This document shows, in pieces, positions 1 to 11,635 of a stretch of DNA of 64,000 nt (positions within the stretch are counted from its first letter, which is position 1; the number at the start of each line of letters is the position of its first letter). The position numbers were made by a program, and so were the translations under genes. Under the pieces are notes generated by a model. The model ran no database searches. It saw nothing but the letters and a program-made list of their open reading frames with translations, and was not told where the DNA came from. The stretch comes from Neoconidiobolus thromboides FSU 785 (Eukaryota > Fungi > Entomophthoromycota). Where the stretch lies: NCBI GenBank assembly GCA_025603075.1, contig MU626347.1, forward strand, positions 19,492-83,491. Direction: 5' to 3'.

Positions 1-160
1 AAATTATCAATAAATTAAAATAAAACGAAGACATCTAATGTAACCAGTTCTGTTAGTTTAACTCGGAGTTAGCAATTTAGGCATTTTTAGGCATTTTATA
101 TTATTTTATACTTTATACTTTATACTTTATGTTTAATATTTAATATTTAATATTTAACAT

Positions 161-257
161 TTGAGGATGTATTTTTGTTTGAATTTTATTAATAATCTTT
201 CCGCTCAAATAGGGTTTGAAAAATGAAAAAGTGATAAAGCTAAAAAAATATCCCTAT
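161..257 (+). mobile_element. ~105-bp MITE-like hairpin element, copy 1 (degenerate; orientation arbitrary)
   Basis: TGAGGATGTATTTTTG...AATCTTTCCGCTCAAATAG...TGAAAAAGTGATAAAGCTAAAAAAATATCCCTA matches the family consensus. Confidence 0.7.
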
Positions 258-691
258 TTGCATTTTATATTAATGTTTTGCAAATATATCACGTAGTATT
301 ACATAGAATTATCAATCTTTTCAAAAATTTCAAATACTCAAAGGAGTTTATGTTTATTCAATGAAAAGAAATCTGATAAAGTTACTGAAAGGAAAGAGTC
401 AAAAAGTGATGATACTCGCAGGTAGGGGGAGTTTACCTATAAAACTATTAAACTCATGATCAATTCTAAAAAAAATAATATGAACCTTTATTAGAGAAAT
501 AGTATCATTGTTAAAATTAAATTTAGAAAATAAAATAGCTAGTTATAAAATTAAATATATATAATTTACTAAACGTATTTTACAATAGAAAACAGAAATA
601 ACAACAGTTACGGAATTTAAATAAAATCATTGTATAAAATTTAAACCCAATTTTAGATCTTTTTTACCTCATGAGTTTAATAAAAAAGTAA

Positions 692-799
692 TATATGGGG
701 ATGTGTTTTTTCATTTAAGAATTTTACTAACAATCTTTCCACTTAAATAGCGCTTAAAAGATGGAAAAAGTAATGAAATCAAAAAAATATCGCCATATA
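692..799 (+). mobile_element. MITE-like element, copy 2
   Basis: TATATGGGGATGTGTTTTTT...CTTTCCACTTAAATAGCGCTTAAAAGATGGAAAAAGTAATG...AAAAAAATATCGCCATATA; terminal inverted repeats with TA flanks. Confidence 0.85.
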
Positions 800-999
800 T
801 TATTATAAGTTATATTATTGATGATAGATTTATGGAAACCATTAAATAAAAGCAACCAAACTTACCTTTATGAAATTATTTAAATATTGACAAAATACAC
901 GTTTATAAAGTAAAAGTGATAGTAATATCCTAATAAATTTAAGTTATGGTCAAATAAGTGGAAAAAGTTGCACATTAAAAGCATATAAAACTTAGACTA

Positions 1000-1106
1000 T
1001 ATATGGGGATGTTTTTTTTGATTTCATTACTTTTGTATTTTTTAAGTGCTATTTGAATGGAAAAATTGTTAGTAAAATTCTTAAACACAAAAATATATCC
1101 TCATAT
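1000..1106 (-). mobile_element. MITE-like element, copy 3
   Basis: Reverse-orientation match: TATATGGGGATGTTTTTTTTG...AAGTGCTATTTGAATGGAAAAATTGTTAGTAAAATTCTTAAACACAAAAATATATCCTCATA. Confidence 0.85.
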
Positions 1107-1176
1107 TCAATATTCTAAATGACAATTTCTAAAGATAATTTTAATTGTGTTAAAACCAGTCTAATAACCATCCAGC

Positions 1177-1777
1177 TTATTCTTTAATATGAACAATATC
1201 ACAAGGTTTGACATGCTTTAAAAGCGCTTTAATCGTTTCCTCACTTAATTTGTATTCCTGTGCCAATTCAGCCTCGATGCCTTCTCTATAATTTAAATGA
1301 GCTTTTCTAATGAGGTCATTAAATTCAATTGGTCTAATAGTGGCGTTTGGACGTTTCAAATTAAATATAACTGTTTCTTCTGCATTCTTATCACCTTCTT
1401 CTTGAATTTTACGGTTTTTTAAGATTTTTAACATATTACCCTTAATATTAATAAATCATAAATTTATAAGATGTATACAAATGCTATTACCTGTCCTTTT
1501 GTTTTTAAGTAGTCTATGCTCTTTTGATTTTCAGTAGGCTTATTAAACTTTTTTAACCTCTCAAACAGCTCGGCTGTTTTTCATTAGTCATTTAATTCTT
1601 GAATGAGTTATCATGCTTACCTTGCTCTTTTTCACTTGGCTCTGAATACTTGCCTTTAAATTTTGGATCTATTCTATCTCTGGAGAAAGCCTCTTTGCTG
1701 GGTAAGCTCGAGCCTTTGTTTAAGTTTTTAACTTCGGTTGGTAATTTTCTTATCGTCTTTGATGCTTTATTTCCCAT
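1177..1777 (-). CDS. Small protein, NDUFAF4/UPF0240-like complex I assembly factor (3 exons)
   Basis: Two GT-AG introns join the ORFs 1592-1777 and 1177-1434 in frame (...EKEQ|AELFERLKK...TKGQ|GNMLKILK...). N-terminus MGNKASK has Gly2. C-terminal LAQEYKLSEETIKALLKHV resembles NDUFAF4 IMQEYQLEQKDVNSLLKYF. The gene model is firmer than the family call. Confidence 0.55.
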
Positions 1778-2804
1778 TTTAAAAAAATTAAGTTTATAAA
1801 ACTCATTTTTGACTTTGAATTCATAATTTAAGTGCCAAATAGATGATGCTATTGGCTAACTGGAATTTTTAATACTCAATCGAAGTAATTATATTTTTAA
1901 TTTTTCCTTTCTATTTAGTATAAACCTTGATTTATTAAGACCCCTAAATGACCTAGGTATGCTCTTCAAAGAGGCTATCAATGAGTATGATTCCTAAATA
2001 TGAAGTTATATAGTTCCTAAATTGTATTTATAATATTGAGAGTAGCAGCATTTTTGTATACAATAGGAAACATTAAAGGGTAAGTCTAAAGGATTTATAA
2101 ATAAATGACAGTTCATGTTTATAGTGTGCAAGTCTATGATTTACTGATATAACATCAGGTTGGAACAATAATCCCAAGCTTTATTTGCCTTGGCTTATAA
2201 AATTATAATAAGTTATAAGGAAAACCAATAAATTTAATCTTTTACAATTAACTTTCATAAAGTAACAAAATTGATATTATTTTTATAAAAGACAATATTA
2301 GATGGTGTTAATCAAACACCAAATAAATGGTTCCTAAAACATAAAAATAGGGACTCCTTTACTTATTTTTCTTTGTTATATGATCATAATAACTATATTA
2401 TCACCCTAGTTAAATTCACTGAAAAATGATGGTGCTGTTAATCTCTGCATCTTAGATAGCAAAATACACGCTTTGTTTGATATATCAACTCCTGGAAGTT
2501 AAGGTTTATTAATATAATTTCATAATTTGTACTAAAATCCACAAGAGGTTTAAACTTATTTTAGTAAACTTATATTTTACTTTTATTTTACTACTGCACT
2601 TTCTTATGAGAGCACTAAGAGCGCTTTATTTGATCTTTATAACAAAATAAATAAAGGTTATAATATAGTTTATCTTAAAATTAACAACCATAAAATAGGA
2701 AACTTGTAAAGTAATTAAATAAAGTTCTTAAGCGTTATATTAACACTTATGACATATTTGATATTAAGACTCATAAGCAGTTATGATATTTATCAAGTTT
2801 TATA

Positions 2805-2908
2805 AATGAGGATGTTTTTTTGACTTCATTACTTTTTCCATTTTTTAAGCGCTATTTGAGTGGAAAAATTGTCAGTAAGATCCTTAAACAAAAAAATATA
2901 TCCCCAAA
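2805..2908 (-). mobile_element. MITE-like element, copy 4
   Basis: ATGAGGATGTTTTTTTGACTTCATTACTTTTTCCATTTTTTAAGCGCTATTTGAGTGGAAAAATT...AAAAAAATATATCCCCA. Confidence 0.85.
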
Positions 2909-3803
2909 TGTTATTATCCACAATTCGAAATTTTTTATAACCATTGTTGTTTTGCCTTTAATACAAATATCTTATAGTGGATATGACCTGAAAAACTATA
3001 AAAACTACTTATTTAGTATTATTTGGGTACTTTGTATACTTTTATTTATGTAGATCTTATTCTGATAGTCAATCCAGCTTTCATATTTACTAATAATATT
3101 TTCTAACTACATTTAAAAAATCAAATGACTATAAATTAATACTTACATAAATAACAAATACTATGGATTAGCTTTCTGACATTAAATTCAGTGCTAACAT
3201 TTATTAATTTAATGCCAATTTTGAAACAAATAAATAATTAACATGTATGATAAAAGAGTTTATATTTAATATAAATTACCGTTTTTATTTTAAACCATAA
3301 TATACTTTTTGTATCAAGGGATTATTTGATTTAGTTAGTTTACCTATATTTTATAAATTTATCTCAGGTTTATATTTAATTTGTACAAATTCGAAGAACC
3401 AACTTCATATATCCACTAAAAGATATCAGTTACTTAAATATATCATATTTTAAGCATTTTAAATAGTAATGACTTATAAATTTACTAGTATGTACAAAAG
3501 TTAGATTAATTTCTTCAAAAATGATTAACAAATTTAACACTGATTAAACTTTCAAATATAACTCTAGGTTAATACTAACAAAAAGCATTTACCAAAAGTA
3601 AGTATAACATAAATACCAAGCCTCTTGTAGCCTGTTCAAAAAATTATCTTTTCAAATATTCTTACTAAACAATCCTAAAACAATAAATATAAACGTATTC
3701 TCTTACCAAAATAAAAATATAAAAAATCTTTCAATTTAACTTGCTTAAGGTTAGTTGATTAAGTTAGTTGTACTTTTATGTTATTTTAATGGGGTTGTTG
3801 AAT

Positions 3804-4414
3804 TTATTCTTCTTCTTCTTCTTCAGCACCACCGGATGACTTTTGACGACGACGCTTTACACGACCTGGACGACCTCCACCATATGGAGAGGTGAGGGCA
3901 AAGTCGATGTGTTTTTGGGATTCAAGACGGACAACGAAAGAAGGAACATTGACAATTTGTTTTCCAACACTATTCACAAAATTAGTTTTTATAAACAAAA
4001 TAGTTAATATACTTACCGAATGTGACGTTGACGGATCAAAACACGGGCATGATGGATAGACTTAGCTAAACCGAGTTTGAAAACTTGGGTTTGAAGACGA
4101 CGTTCTAAGAAATCTTCGATCTTAAGACCAAGTACATAATCGAGCTTAGCCTTGGTTTCATCTAAGACACCAATACGAATAAGACGACGGATAAGTGCGT
4201 TACCTTCGAAAAGACGACGGGAGTCTTTTTCATCTAAGGTTAAGAGCTCACGAGCAGCACGACGGATGTTGGAAAGGATATAACCAATACGCCAGATTTC
4301 ACGCTTATTACGGAGACCATACTCACCAACCAATTTTAATTCTTGATCGATACGTTCACTTTCGAAAGGACGTCTTGGGACCTTAGCGGTTTTAGAATAG
4401 TTTCTTGGTGGCAT
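3804..4414 (-). CDS. RPS9: 40S ribosomal protein S9 (uS4), 2 exons
   Basis: [42 protein letters not shown]...[15 protein letters not shown]|[23 protein letters not shown]; one short intron near 3970-4016. Confidence 0.98.
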
Positions 4415-4939
4415 TCTTAGTTAAATAGTGTAGGAACCTTTTAAAAAATAACTGGTTACTGACGCCGAAAAGAGAGATTCTTTCTTAATTTACCCTAGCT
4501 TTAAAAATTTGGCAAAATTTTTTAAATGGAATGAAAATTTTATAAACTCCCAAAAAATTGGAGAGGATTGAAATTTTTGTCCAATGATATTAAAGTATTC
4601 AAGGTATTTATTTGCAAATGAATGGTCAATTTTGAAACAAAATTTGCTATCTGCAAAATTTTAATTCGAGTTAAATAATAATAGCAAAATAACCTGGCTA
4701 TTTATTACTGCACTTAATAATATAATGAAGCTAATATTAAATTGCCTTGTATATTATCTTGGACTTTCATTAAAACTTTTTTAAGTACATTGACAAAAAA
4801 AGCTAAACTATAATTATTATAACAGTAGCTTTTTTAATATGTAAAACGTCAAAAACGCTAATAAAATAAAAAGCAAAAAATATAACTATAGTACTGACTT
4901 AAAAGAAATGTTTATAAAATAATATAGACTTATATTTAT

Positions 4940-5042
4940 AATGAGGATGTTTTTTTAGTTTTATCACTTTTTCCACTTTTTAAGCGCTGTTTGAGTGGGA
5001 AGATTGTTAATAAAATTCTTAAACACAAAAAAACATCCTCTA
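4940..5042 (-). mobile_element. MITE-like element, copy 5
   Basis: ATGAGGATGTTTTTTTAG...AAGCGCTGTTTGAGTGGGAAGATTGTTAATAAAATTCTTAAACACAAAAAAACATCCTC. Confidence 0.85.
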
Positions 5043-5502
5043 ACGATAATAGTTCAAAACCTTTTGTTATATCTAATCAGTAAAGTTTTAATTAGAAATA
5101 TTATGCCTTTACAAAAACTAACCTTGTGTCAAATAACTATTAACTTATACTTGTTAATCAAGACTTGGGTTTAAACCTTTATTAAAAATTAAATATAGCT
5201 GTAAATTTAAAATGTTATATATTAAGCTTGTAACAATGGATTATACAATAAGAGTTTTTCCACACGGGGTATTAAAAATAACATAGTTTTAACTAAATAT
5301 CGTTTATTAAGTACAGAAAGTTAAATGAACGATTGTTTTGCTTAGGTATTTTGTCATTTTTAAATTTGCAATTAGTTCAACTTATAAGCACATTATCAAA
5401 CTAAAAAATTAAAACAAAGAAAAATAAAATGAATCTTTGTGTTTTAATAAAAAAATAGTTTTTAAGAGTTGGAGTAGATAGTATTATACGGCATAAAACA
5501 AG

Positions 5503-5842
5503 ATGAAAAAAGAGATCGCACAACCACAAAGAAATAGGATTAGAAAAATCATTAAGGCTCATCAGCCTGATTTTAAACTAGGAAAGAATACTGACATTTT
5601 AGTAAGATTTAATGCTAGGATGGATTTAAATAAATAGCTAACGTCTATTTAGGTTTATCATAACTATCTACTTTTTATGAAGCGCTTATTGACAGAAGCC
5701 AAGCAAGCGGCTATAAGTCAAAAGGAAACTACCATACATTCAAATCATATCAACTCAGTCACTGATGTAAGGATGGCTAATGATTAATTTAGTTAGTACT
5801 AATATTACTTAATAGAAAGTTCTACAAGAGTTCAGAGGGTAA
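5503..5842 (+). CDS. CENPW: Centromere histone-fold protein CENP-W (Wip1-like), 79 aa, 3 exons; absent from the ORF track
   Basis: Exons 5503-5601, 5653-5766 and 5816-5842 translate to MKKEIAQPQRNRIRKIIKAHQPDFKLGKNTDILVYHNYLLFMKRLLTEAKQAAISQKETTIHSNHINSVTDKVLQEFRG. This matches the CENP-W pattern (human ...SGDLLVHLNCLLFVHRLAEE...HVLAAAKVILKKSRG). Confidence 0.85.
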
Positions 5843-6504
5843 AGAGTAAAGAGTCCTAATATGCTTTATACTGCTTAAATTTATTAAATTTTTGTTTACT
5901 GTTTATTTATTTTTATTAGTTTGTAGTTAGGGATTTTAATTGACCGACATATTGTTCTACATATATTTTCAACTTGCTGTTTTGCTTGAAATATTTACTG
6001 ATAACGAGAAACAAGAACAATTTGAAGTTTTTTTTTCAAAGATTATATAAATTTAAAGTCCATTTGACATTTTCTAAAATTTTAAAGTTGGAGTAATCCT
6101 TTAATTCTTTTATTTTTAATCTCAATATATTTAAGTTGGAAGAGTTAAATGAATATACTGAATAGAAGTGAAACCATGTAAAATTCCATTCCTTTTTGAA
6201 AAAGTTATTTTAACTATATCATATCTATTTGCCTTTTCAACCTCTATTTTATGTATGCTAATCTCATAAATTCTCTAATGCCTTTGACCAAACATAAAAT
6301 AGAATAAACTCACATTGGCGCTTAGCTAAAAGGATTGAAAGACACTTTAGAACCTTAATAAGTTAGACTTAATACCACTTAATTCGTGTTATGATGTTCA
6401 ATTCACCAAAGTTTATTTAAACAACTTAAACACTAAAAAGGTAAAATATAATTTATGATTAAAAGGATTGTAAAACAATAATTTAACGATTCATCGCTCT
6501 ATGA

Positions 6505-7122
<618 letters not shown>

Positions 7123-7219
7123 TATTCATAAAAGATTCCTTTTTTTTCTTCTGAATGTATTTATCTTACGTACAACCAATTAAAGTTAGCTTAGAAGGCC
7201 TTTATTTTATTTGCTAGAA

Positions 7220-7353
7220 ACGCGTTGAAGGATAGTTATTCGTGTTTATGGTATGAAATTTGATCATTTTATTGGTTATTTAGGTCGCACTTTGATTGGA
7301 TTAAAGTGGTTATTTAAACATAATTGGTAAATTCCATTCAATCGTTTAATTGG
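7220..7353. promoter_or_regulatory. Putative cell-cycle promoter of CenH3: MCB site plus four CCAAT boxes
   Basis: ACGCGT at 7220-7225; ATTGG at 7271, 7295, 7323 and 7349 (spacing 24/28/26 bp), upstream of the CenH3 ATG at 7122. Confidence 0.5.
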
Positions 7354-8058
7354 ACATTAGTTATTATAACTACTTTAGATATCTGCTACTTTATTTTTGA
7401 AAACAAAATTAATAGGATGGCAAAAAAAGAAATATGATCAGAACAAATGATTAGAGAGTAAAAATCATAACAGCCTTAAAAAATAATTAAAATAGCATAA
7501 TTAACTAGAGTGTAAAGGATCGAACATGTAAACAGAGCTTCTATAGCTATGTCATATGCTTCTGTCGGATACATAAGAATACTTAAAGGTCTAATTTAGC
7601 CCAGGTTTAATAAAGACATCAATTTCTCTGAATAGTCTTTTTAATTTATAAGATATACTTTTATGATACTGAATTAGTAATTAATATAAAAATAGTGTCA
7701 CAATGTTTAAATTTCTTACAGAGTATAAAGATCTATATTGTTTATGGCTCAAGACTAGTAATTGGTAGTGTGTTTTTGCTATTTTCTATATTTTTCAAAG
7801 GTAGCTTATTGAGCTATAATATTTACTTCTAAAACTTTCTAGCTCTAAAGTAAAATTAAAACATTTTAATGAAAAGCGTTACTTTGGTATGTAGTAATAC
7901 ACAAGCTTTATTATATTAAGTTTCTATCAATTCTTTTAAGCCATACCTCTAATGATAATTTTTGTTAAAAGTTTAATACAGGTGTGTAAACTAAAATAAA
8001 ACTACAAAAACAAATTCAAAAATTATTAAGTTTATTAAATGGAATGCAGCAATTAAAA

Positions 8059-8472
8059 TCAAGAATCGTAGTCATTATAATCATCATAGTCGTTGTAGTT
8101 ATCATAGTCATCGTGATCTTTGTAGTCGTTATCATAATCATTATCACTATAGTCATCATAGTCTTTGTATTTATGCTTGCGCTTCTTATTACATTTCCCT
8201 CCTCTACGACTACATCCGTCAACAATGACCGTATTTACAATATCAATATTAGTGCCGCCAGAAGATGGTGGAGGTGGCGGTGGTGGCGGGAAAAAGCTAA
8301 GGGCTCTAGTGTCGACTGGATTTTGAGCTACTGGCTGGGTAGCTTCTTTAGGCTGATCTAGACTCAAATCACCAACCAAGGGTTTGGTTAGTTCAGTTAA
8401 TGGGCTAGTTTCGCCAGCAGGGAAAGCGGTTATTAGGTTTACAGTAATTGCTAACAAAAAGAATTTGTTCAT
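8059..8472 (-). CDS. Small secreted Pro-rich, Asp/Tyr-repeat protein (137 aa), unknown family
   Basis: Single-exon ORF; signal-peptide-like MNKFFLLAITVNLITA; PPPPPPPP tract; (DY)-repeat tail. Confidence 0.8.
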   Translation of the reverse strand: MNKFFLLAITVNLITAFPAGETSPLTELTKPLVGDLSLDQPKEATQPVAQNPVDTRALSFFPPPPPPPPSSGGTNIDIVNTVIVDGCSRRGGKCNKKRKHKYKDYDDYSDNDYDNDYKDHDDYDNYNDYDDYNDYDS

Positions 8473-8746
8473 TTTAATTATTAATTATGGAAATTATATT
8501 AATTCTCTATGTAGTTTATATACTTTACTAATTTAGTGTCTATTTTTTAGTTGATATTAAATTATGCCGTTGTGAAAATCTTAAACTTTGAATTTAATAT
8601 TTATCAACGCTAATTTAACTTTTAGTCCAAATAAAAATGATCAAATTTTAAAAATAAACTAACGTATAAATAAATAATTCAATTAATCAACATATATAAA
8701 TATAAACCTAAAATATAGTTGCATCAAAAATTAATATTACATCAAA

Positions 8747-9160
8747 ATGATTATTCCTAAACTATTAATTAATTTAATCTATCTAATTTTAATAAGTAAT
8801 ACATCGAGTTCCTTAATACCACTCATTAAAACCACCAATCTAATAACACAAGTATTAACTAACAACAAGCCTCTTTCTTCTATACCTAATGACTTAAATA
8901 ATAACAAAGAGCTCTTAATTCCGTTAAAAAAGTTTACAAAATTGAACAAAAATGAACCAATAATACCTTTAAGTAAAATATTAAAATTAAATAATAACAA
9001 TAACTATTATCGAGATTATTATAGTAATCAAAACCAAAATATTCGTATCAATAATTATATTTATGTCCAACATTACTGCCAACGCTATGATTGTTACGAA
9101 GATAATGAATATTATTATGTTCCAGAGTATGATAGTGAGTATTATGATTATAATAAATAA
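8747..9160 (+). CDS. Small secreted Tyr-rich protein (137 aa), unknown family
   Basis: Single-exon ORF; hydrophobic N-terminus MIIPKLLINLIYLILISNTSS; Tyr/Asp/Glu-rich C-terminus with 2 Cys. Confidence 0.7.
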   Translation: MIIPKLLINLIYLILISNTSSSLIPLIKTTNLITQVLTNNKPLSSIPNDLNNNKELLIPLKKFTKLNKNEPIIPLSKILKLNNNNNYYRDYYSNQNQNIRINNYIYVQHYCQRYDCYEDNEYYYVPEYDSEYYDYNK

Positions 9161-9369
9161 ATAAATAAATAAATTTCCTAATTAATGTGACTTATAATTA
9201 TTTGCTTTTTCACTTCAAATTACTGATTGTAATTTATATCAATACTATATTAACGATTATTAAAATGTATTATCGTTTTTAAAAAATTAGACCTTTTCAA
9301 AAATAAACAACCTTAAATCATTATGTCTTCATTTATTAAAAAGTTATATTAAATAATTAAATGTTAGTC

Positions 9370-9831
9370 CTATTCCTCAATCTCTGCAATCTCCATATCC
9401 TGCTGTGCATTCAGCCCTGGATTACCCTGCTGCATTGAAATGGGATTAGGGTTCATTGTTTGAGTAGGTTGTGGTTGTTGGTTATCATTTAGTACAATGG
9501 GTGGAAAAACAGGTGGAGGAGGTTGAGGATCACTAGGATCATAAGGGTAAGTATGAGAGTTATATGGATCAAAAGGGTTATATGGGTTATATGGGTTATA
9601 AGGGTGTTTATCATCGTCATCGTTACCATAACCACTCACCCTTACATCATTTCTTATACGTATATTATTGGGTTGTGGTCTTGGTGGTGGTGGTGGTGGT
9701 GGTCTTATAAAAGCATTACTACCAACTGCATTATTATCAGCTATTAACTGAGCTACCAGTTTTCCAGGTTTGGAGGCATCCAAAGGGATACTGGAAACTA
9801 GTGGTAATAATAGAAGGGAATATAATTTCAT
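9370..9831 (-). CDS. Small secreted Pro-rich protein (153 aa), unknown family
   Basis: Signal-peptide-like MKLYSLLLLPLVSS; PPPPPPP tract; PYNPYNPYNPFDPYN repeats. Confidence 0.8.
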   Translation of the reverse strand: MKLYSLLLLPLVSSIPLDASKPGKLVAQLIADNNAVGSNAFIRPPPPPPPRPQPNNIRIRNDVRVSGYGNDDDDKHPYNPYNPYNPFDPYNSHTYPYDPSDPQPPPPVFPPIVLNDNQQPQPTQTMNPNPISMQQGNPGLNAQQDMEIAEIEE

Positions 9832-10489
9832 GGTTTATGGTCAGTAACTAAAAATGAATATTATTTTATTTATATGATTTTTTTATAATAGAATTTTTGT
9901 TGTTTTCAGTTGCTTTGGTTATTAAATTTAGTTGATCATTTTTTAGCTTAACTGTACAGTTTAATATTTTCCATTTTTACGTTGTTGACTAGGTATTTTA
10001 GTGATTTAAGTAATTATCTAATTGAGTATAGTTATTTATTAGGATATTTGTTTAATTTACTGTTTATTATCATTATTTAAAAATTTCTAAAACAAATATA
10101 TAATTTAAGCTTTTTTTTTAAAAGTCTATTAAGCTCATTTCATTACTGTTGGCAAAAAAAAATACAAACTGTTTATTTATAAGTCATTATTTTTTAATAG
10201 AATTTTAGCAAACCATGTTATAATTTGAATAACCTAAAGGCGATTTGTATAGGAAAATCAAAAGCCCTTGGGTTGTTAGTTTTAAAAATGCCTTTTACAG
10301 TAAGTCAAATAGGAGTCTTTCAAATAAAAAATCAAGATTTTGTAAGGAATGAAAGAATTTGATTAAGAAATGCCTAAATATAGCAGGATTTTTGTCAAAG
10401 ATGCTGCTCATGTCCTCAAACAGTGATATAAATGAGAGGGCAGTTTAAATAGGTGGCTATATGATTAAATAATAACAACTGAAAAATGG

Positions 10490-10595
10490 TATGGGGGTGT
10501 CTTTTTTGGCTTCATTATTTTTTCCATCTTTTAAGCACTATTTGAGCGAAAAAATCGTTAATAAAATTCTTAAACACAAAAAAACATCGCCATAT
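10490..10595 (-). mobile_element. MITE-like element, copy 6
   Basis: TATGGGGGTGTCTTTTTTGGCTTCATT...AAGCACTATTTGAGCGAAAAAATCGTTAATAAAATTCTTAAACACAAAAAAACATCGCCATA. Confidence 0.85.
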
Positions 10596-10878
10596 AAAGT
10601 ATAGTCAAAGGTCAGAAAAAGTAAAGAGGTTAGATAAGACGGCTGACATCAAGCAGACTAAAATAACCACATTCTCAAGGAAAGAATATTGGATTGAAAA
10701 TCCTACAAGGGGGATTGTTTTATTATCGAAGCTAGTAATTAATTTGATTTTATATACATACAGGGATACAAAATCTTTGGAGTGAATGACAATGTATAAA
10801 AAACAAAACAAAATGTTTGATGGATATTAAAGAGTTATTTATTTCTATTAGATTAATAATACATGAATTTTGAGAGAA

Positions 10879-11635
10879 CTAAATAGCAGTAGAATATCTT
10901 CTGGTAAGTACTTCTGCATCTTTTTTAGAGTGAACTAGATGCTTTTCAACTTTACAAAGTTTTAACACTGCCAATCGAAGCTGTTCCTTTAAGCTCGAGT
11001 TCCTTATATCCTCATTGATGGTATCCATTCTTATCTCATTGATTTTTCCTTCAAGTGCCTCTCTCTTGTCTTTTTTCTATAAATTTATTAATTTTTGATT
11101 TTTTTAGTTAATAGCCTTTACTTCAATTAATAACTGGGAAGTGTATTCAGCCATTAAAGCTAAAACACGTAGAAGTCTTAATACAACTAAAAATCTCCAA
11201 GCTCCATAAGTGATGTCTTTCCAACCTAGTTTTAGTAAAACTTCCATCACAATAAGGAAGATGATCAGTAATAAATCAAACACGCACCATATATTTTTTA
11301 AATATGTAATCCCAAAGCCTAAGAATAGTTGTAATATAACTTCAACTAAGTAAAAGGTATTAAATATTAATAATACAACTGAAAGAATTAAGTTTGTTAT
11401 TGTTTCTTTTTCGGCTGCTTCTTTAAATGTTTCTCTATCTTTTTAATAACGTTAAGTTTGCTAACTAAATAAATAAAAATCTACCTATGATCCTAATAAC
11501 TGTTATTAAAACAAATTGGACAACAACCACAGTTGAAGAAAAGAACAAGAGCTGAAAGGAAGTCAATATAATATTGAATTTGACTTTTAGACTACTATCT
11601 TTCAATGATTCCTTTCTTAAATCTTTTAACACCAT
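10879..11635 (-). CDS. Voltage-sensor-domain-only membrane protein (Hv1-like architecture) with C-terminal coiled coil, 3 exons; absent from the ORF track
   Basis: Spliced translation gives 4 hydrophobic segments: S2 FYLVEVILQLFLGFG, S2-S3 linker/S3 YLKNIWCVFDLLLIIFLIVMEV, S4 WRFLVVLRLLRVLAL. These are followed by a heptad-rich tail (KKDKREALEGKINEIR...). Confidence 0.75.

Noticed and set aside
2820-3053. 77-aa ORF
   Set aside because: It begins inside MITE copy 4 and runs into AT-rich DNA; no protein features
8016-8361. ORFs 8016-8225 and 8044-8361 (hydrophobic I/V runs, WWRWRWW)
   Set aside because: Alternative-frame or antisense shadows of the Asp/Tyr and Pro repeats of the secreted protein 8059-8472
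9523-9747. ORF with a poly-Trp run
   Set aside because: Antisense reading of the poly-Pro codons of 9370-9831
10240-10811. Protein-like stretches on both sides of MITE copy 6 (SPWVVSF resembles a kinase subdomain; possible terminal exon near 10760-10800)
   Set aside because: Stops in all frames and no coherent gene model; cannot be told apart from chance
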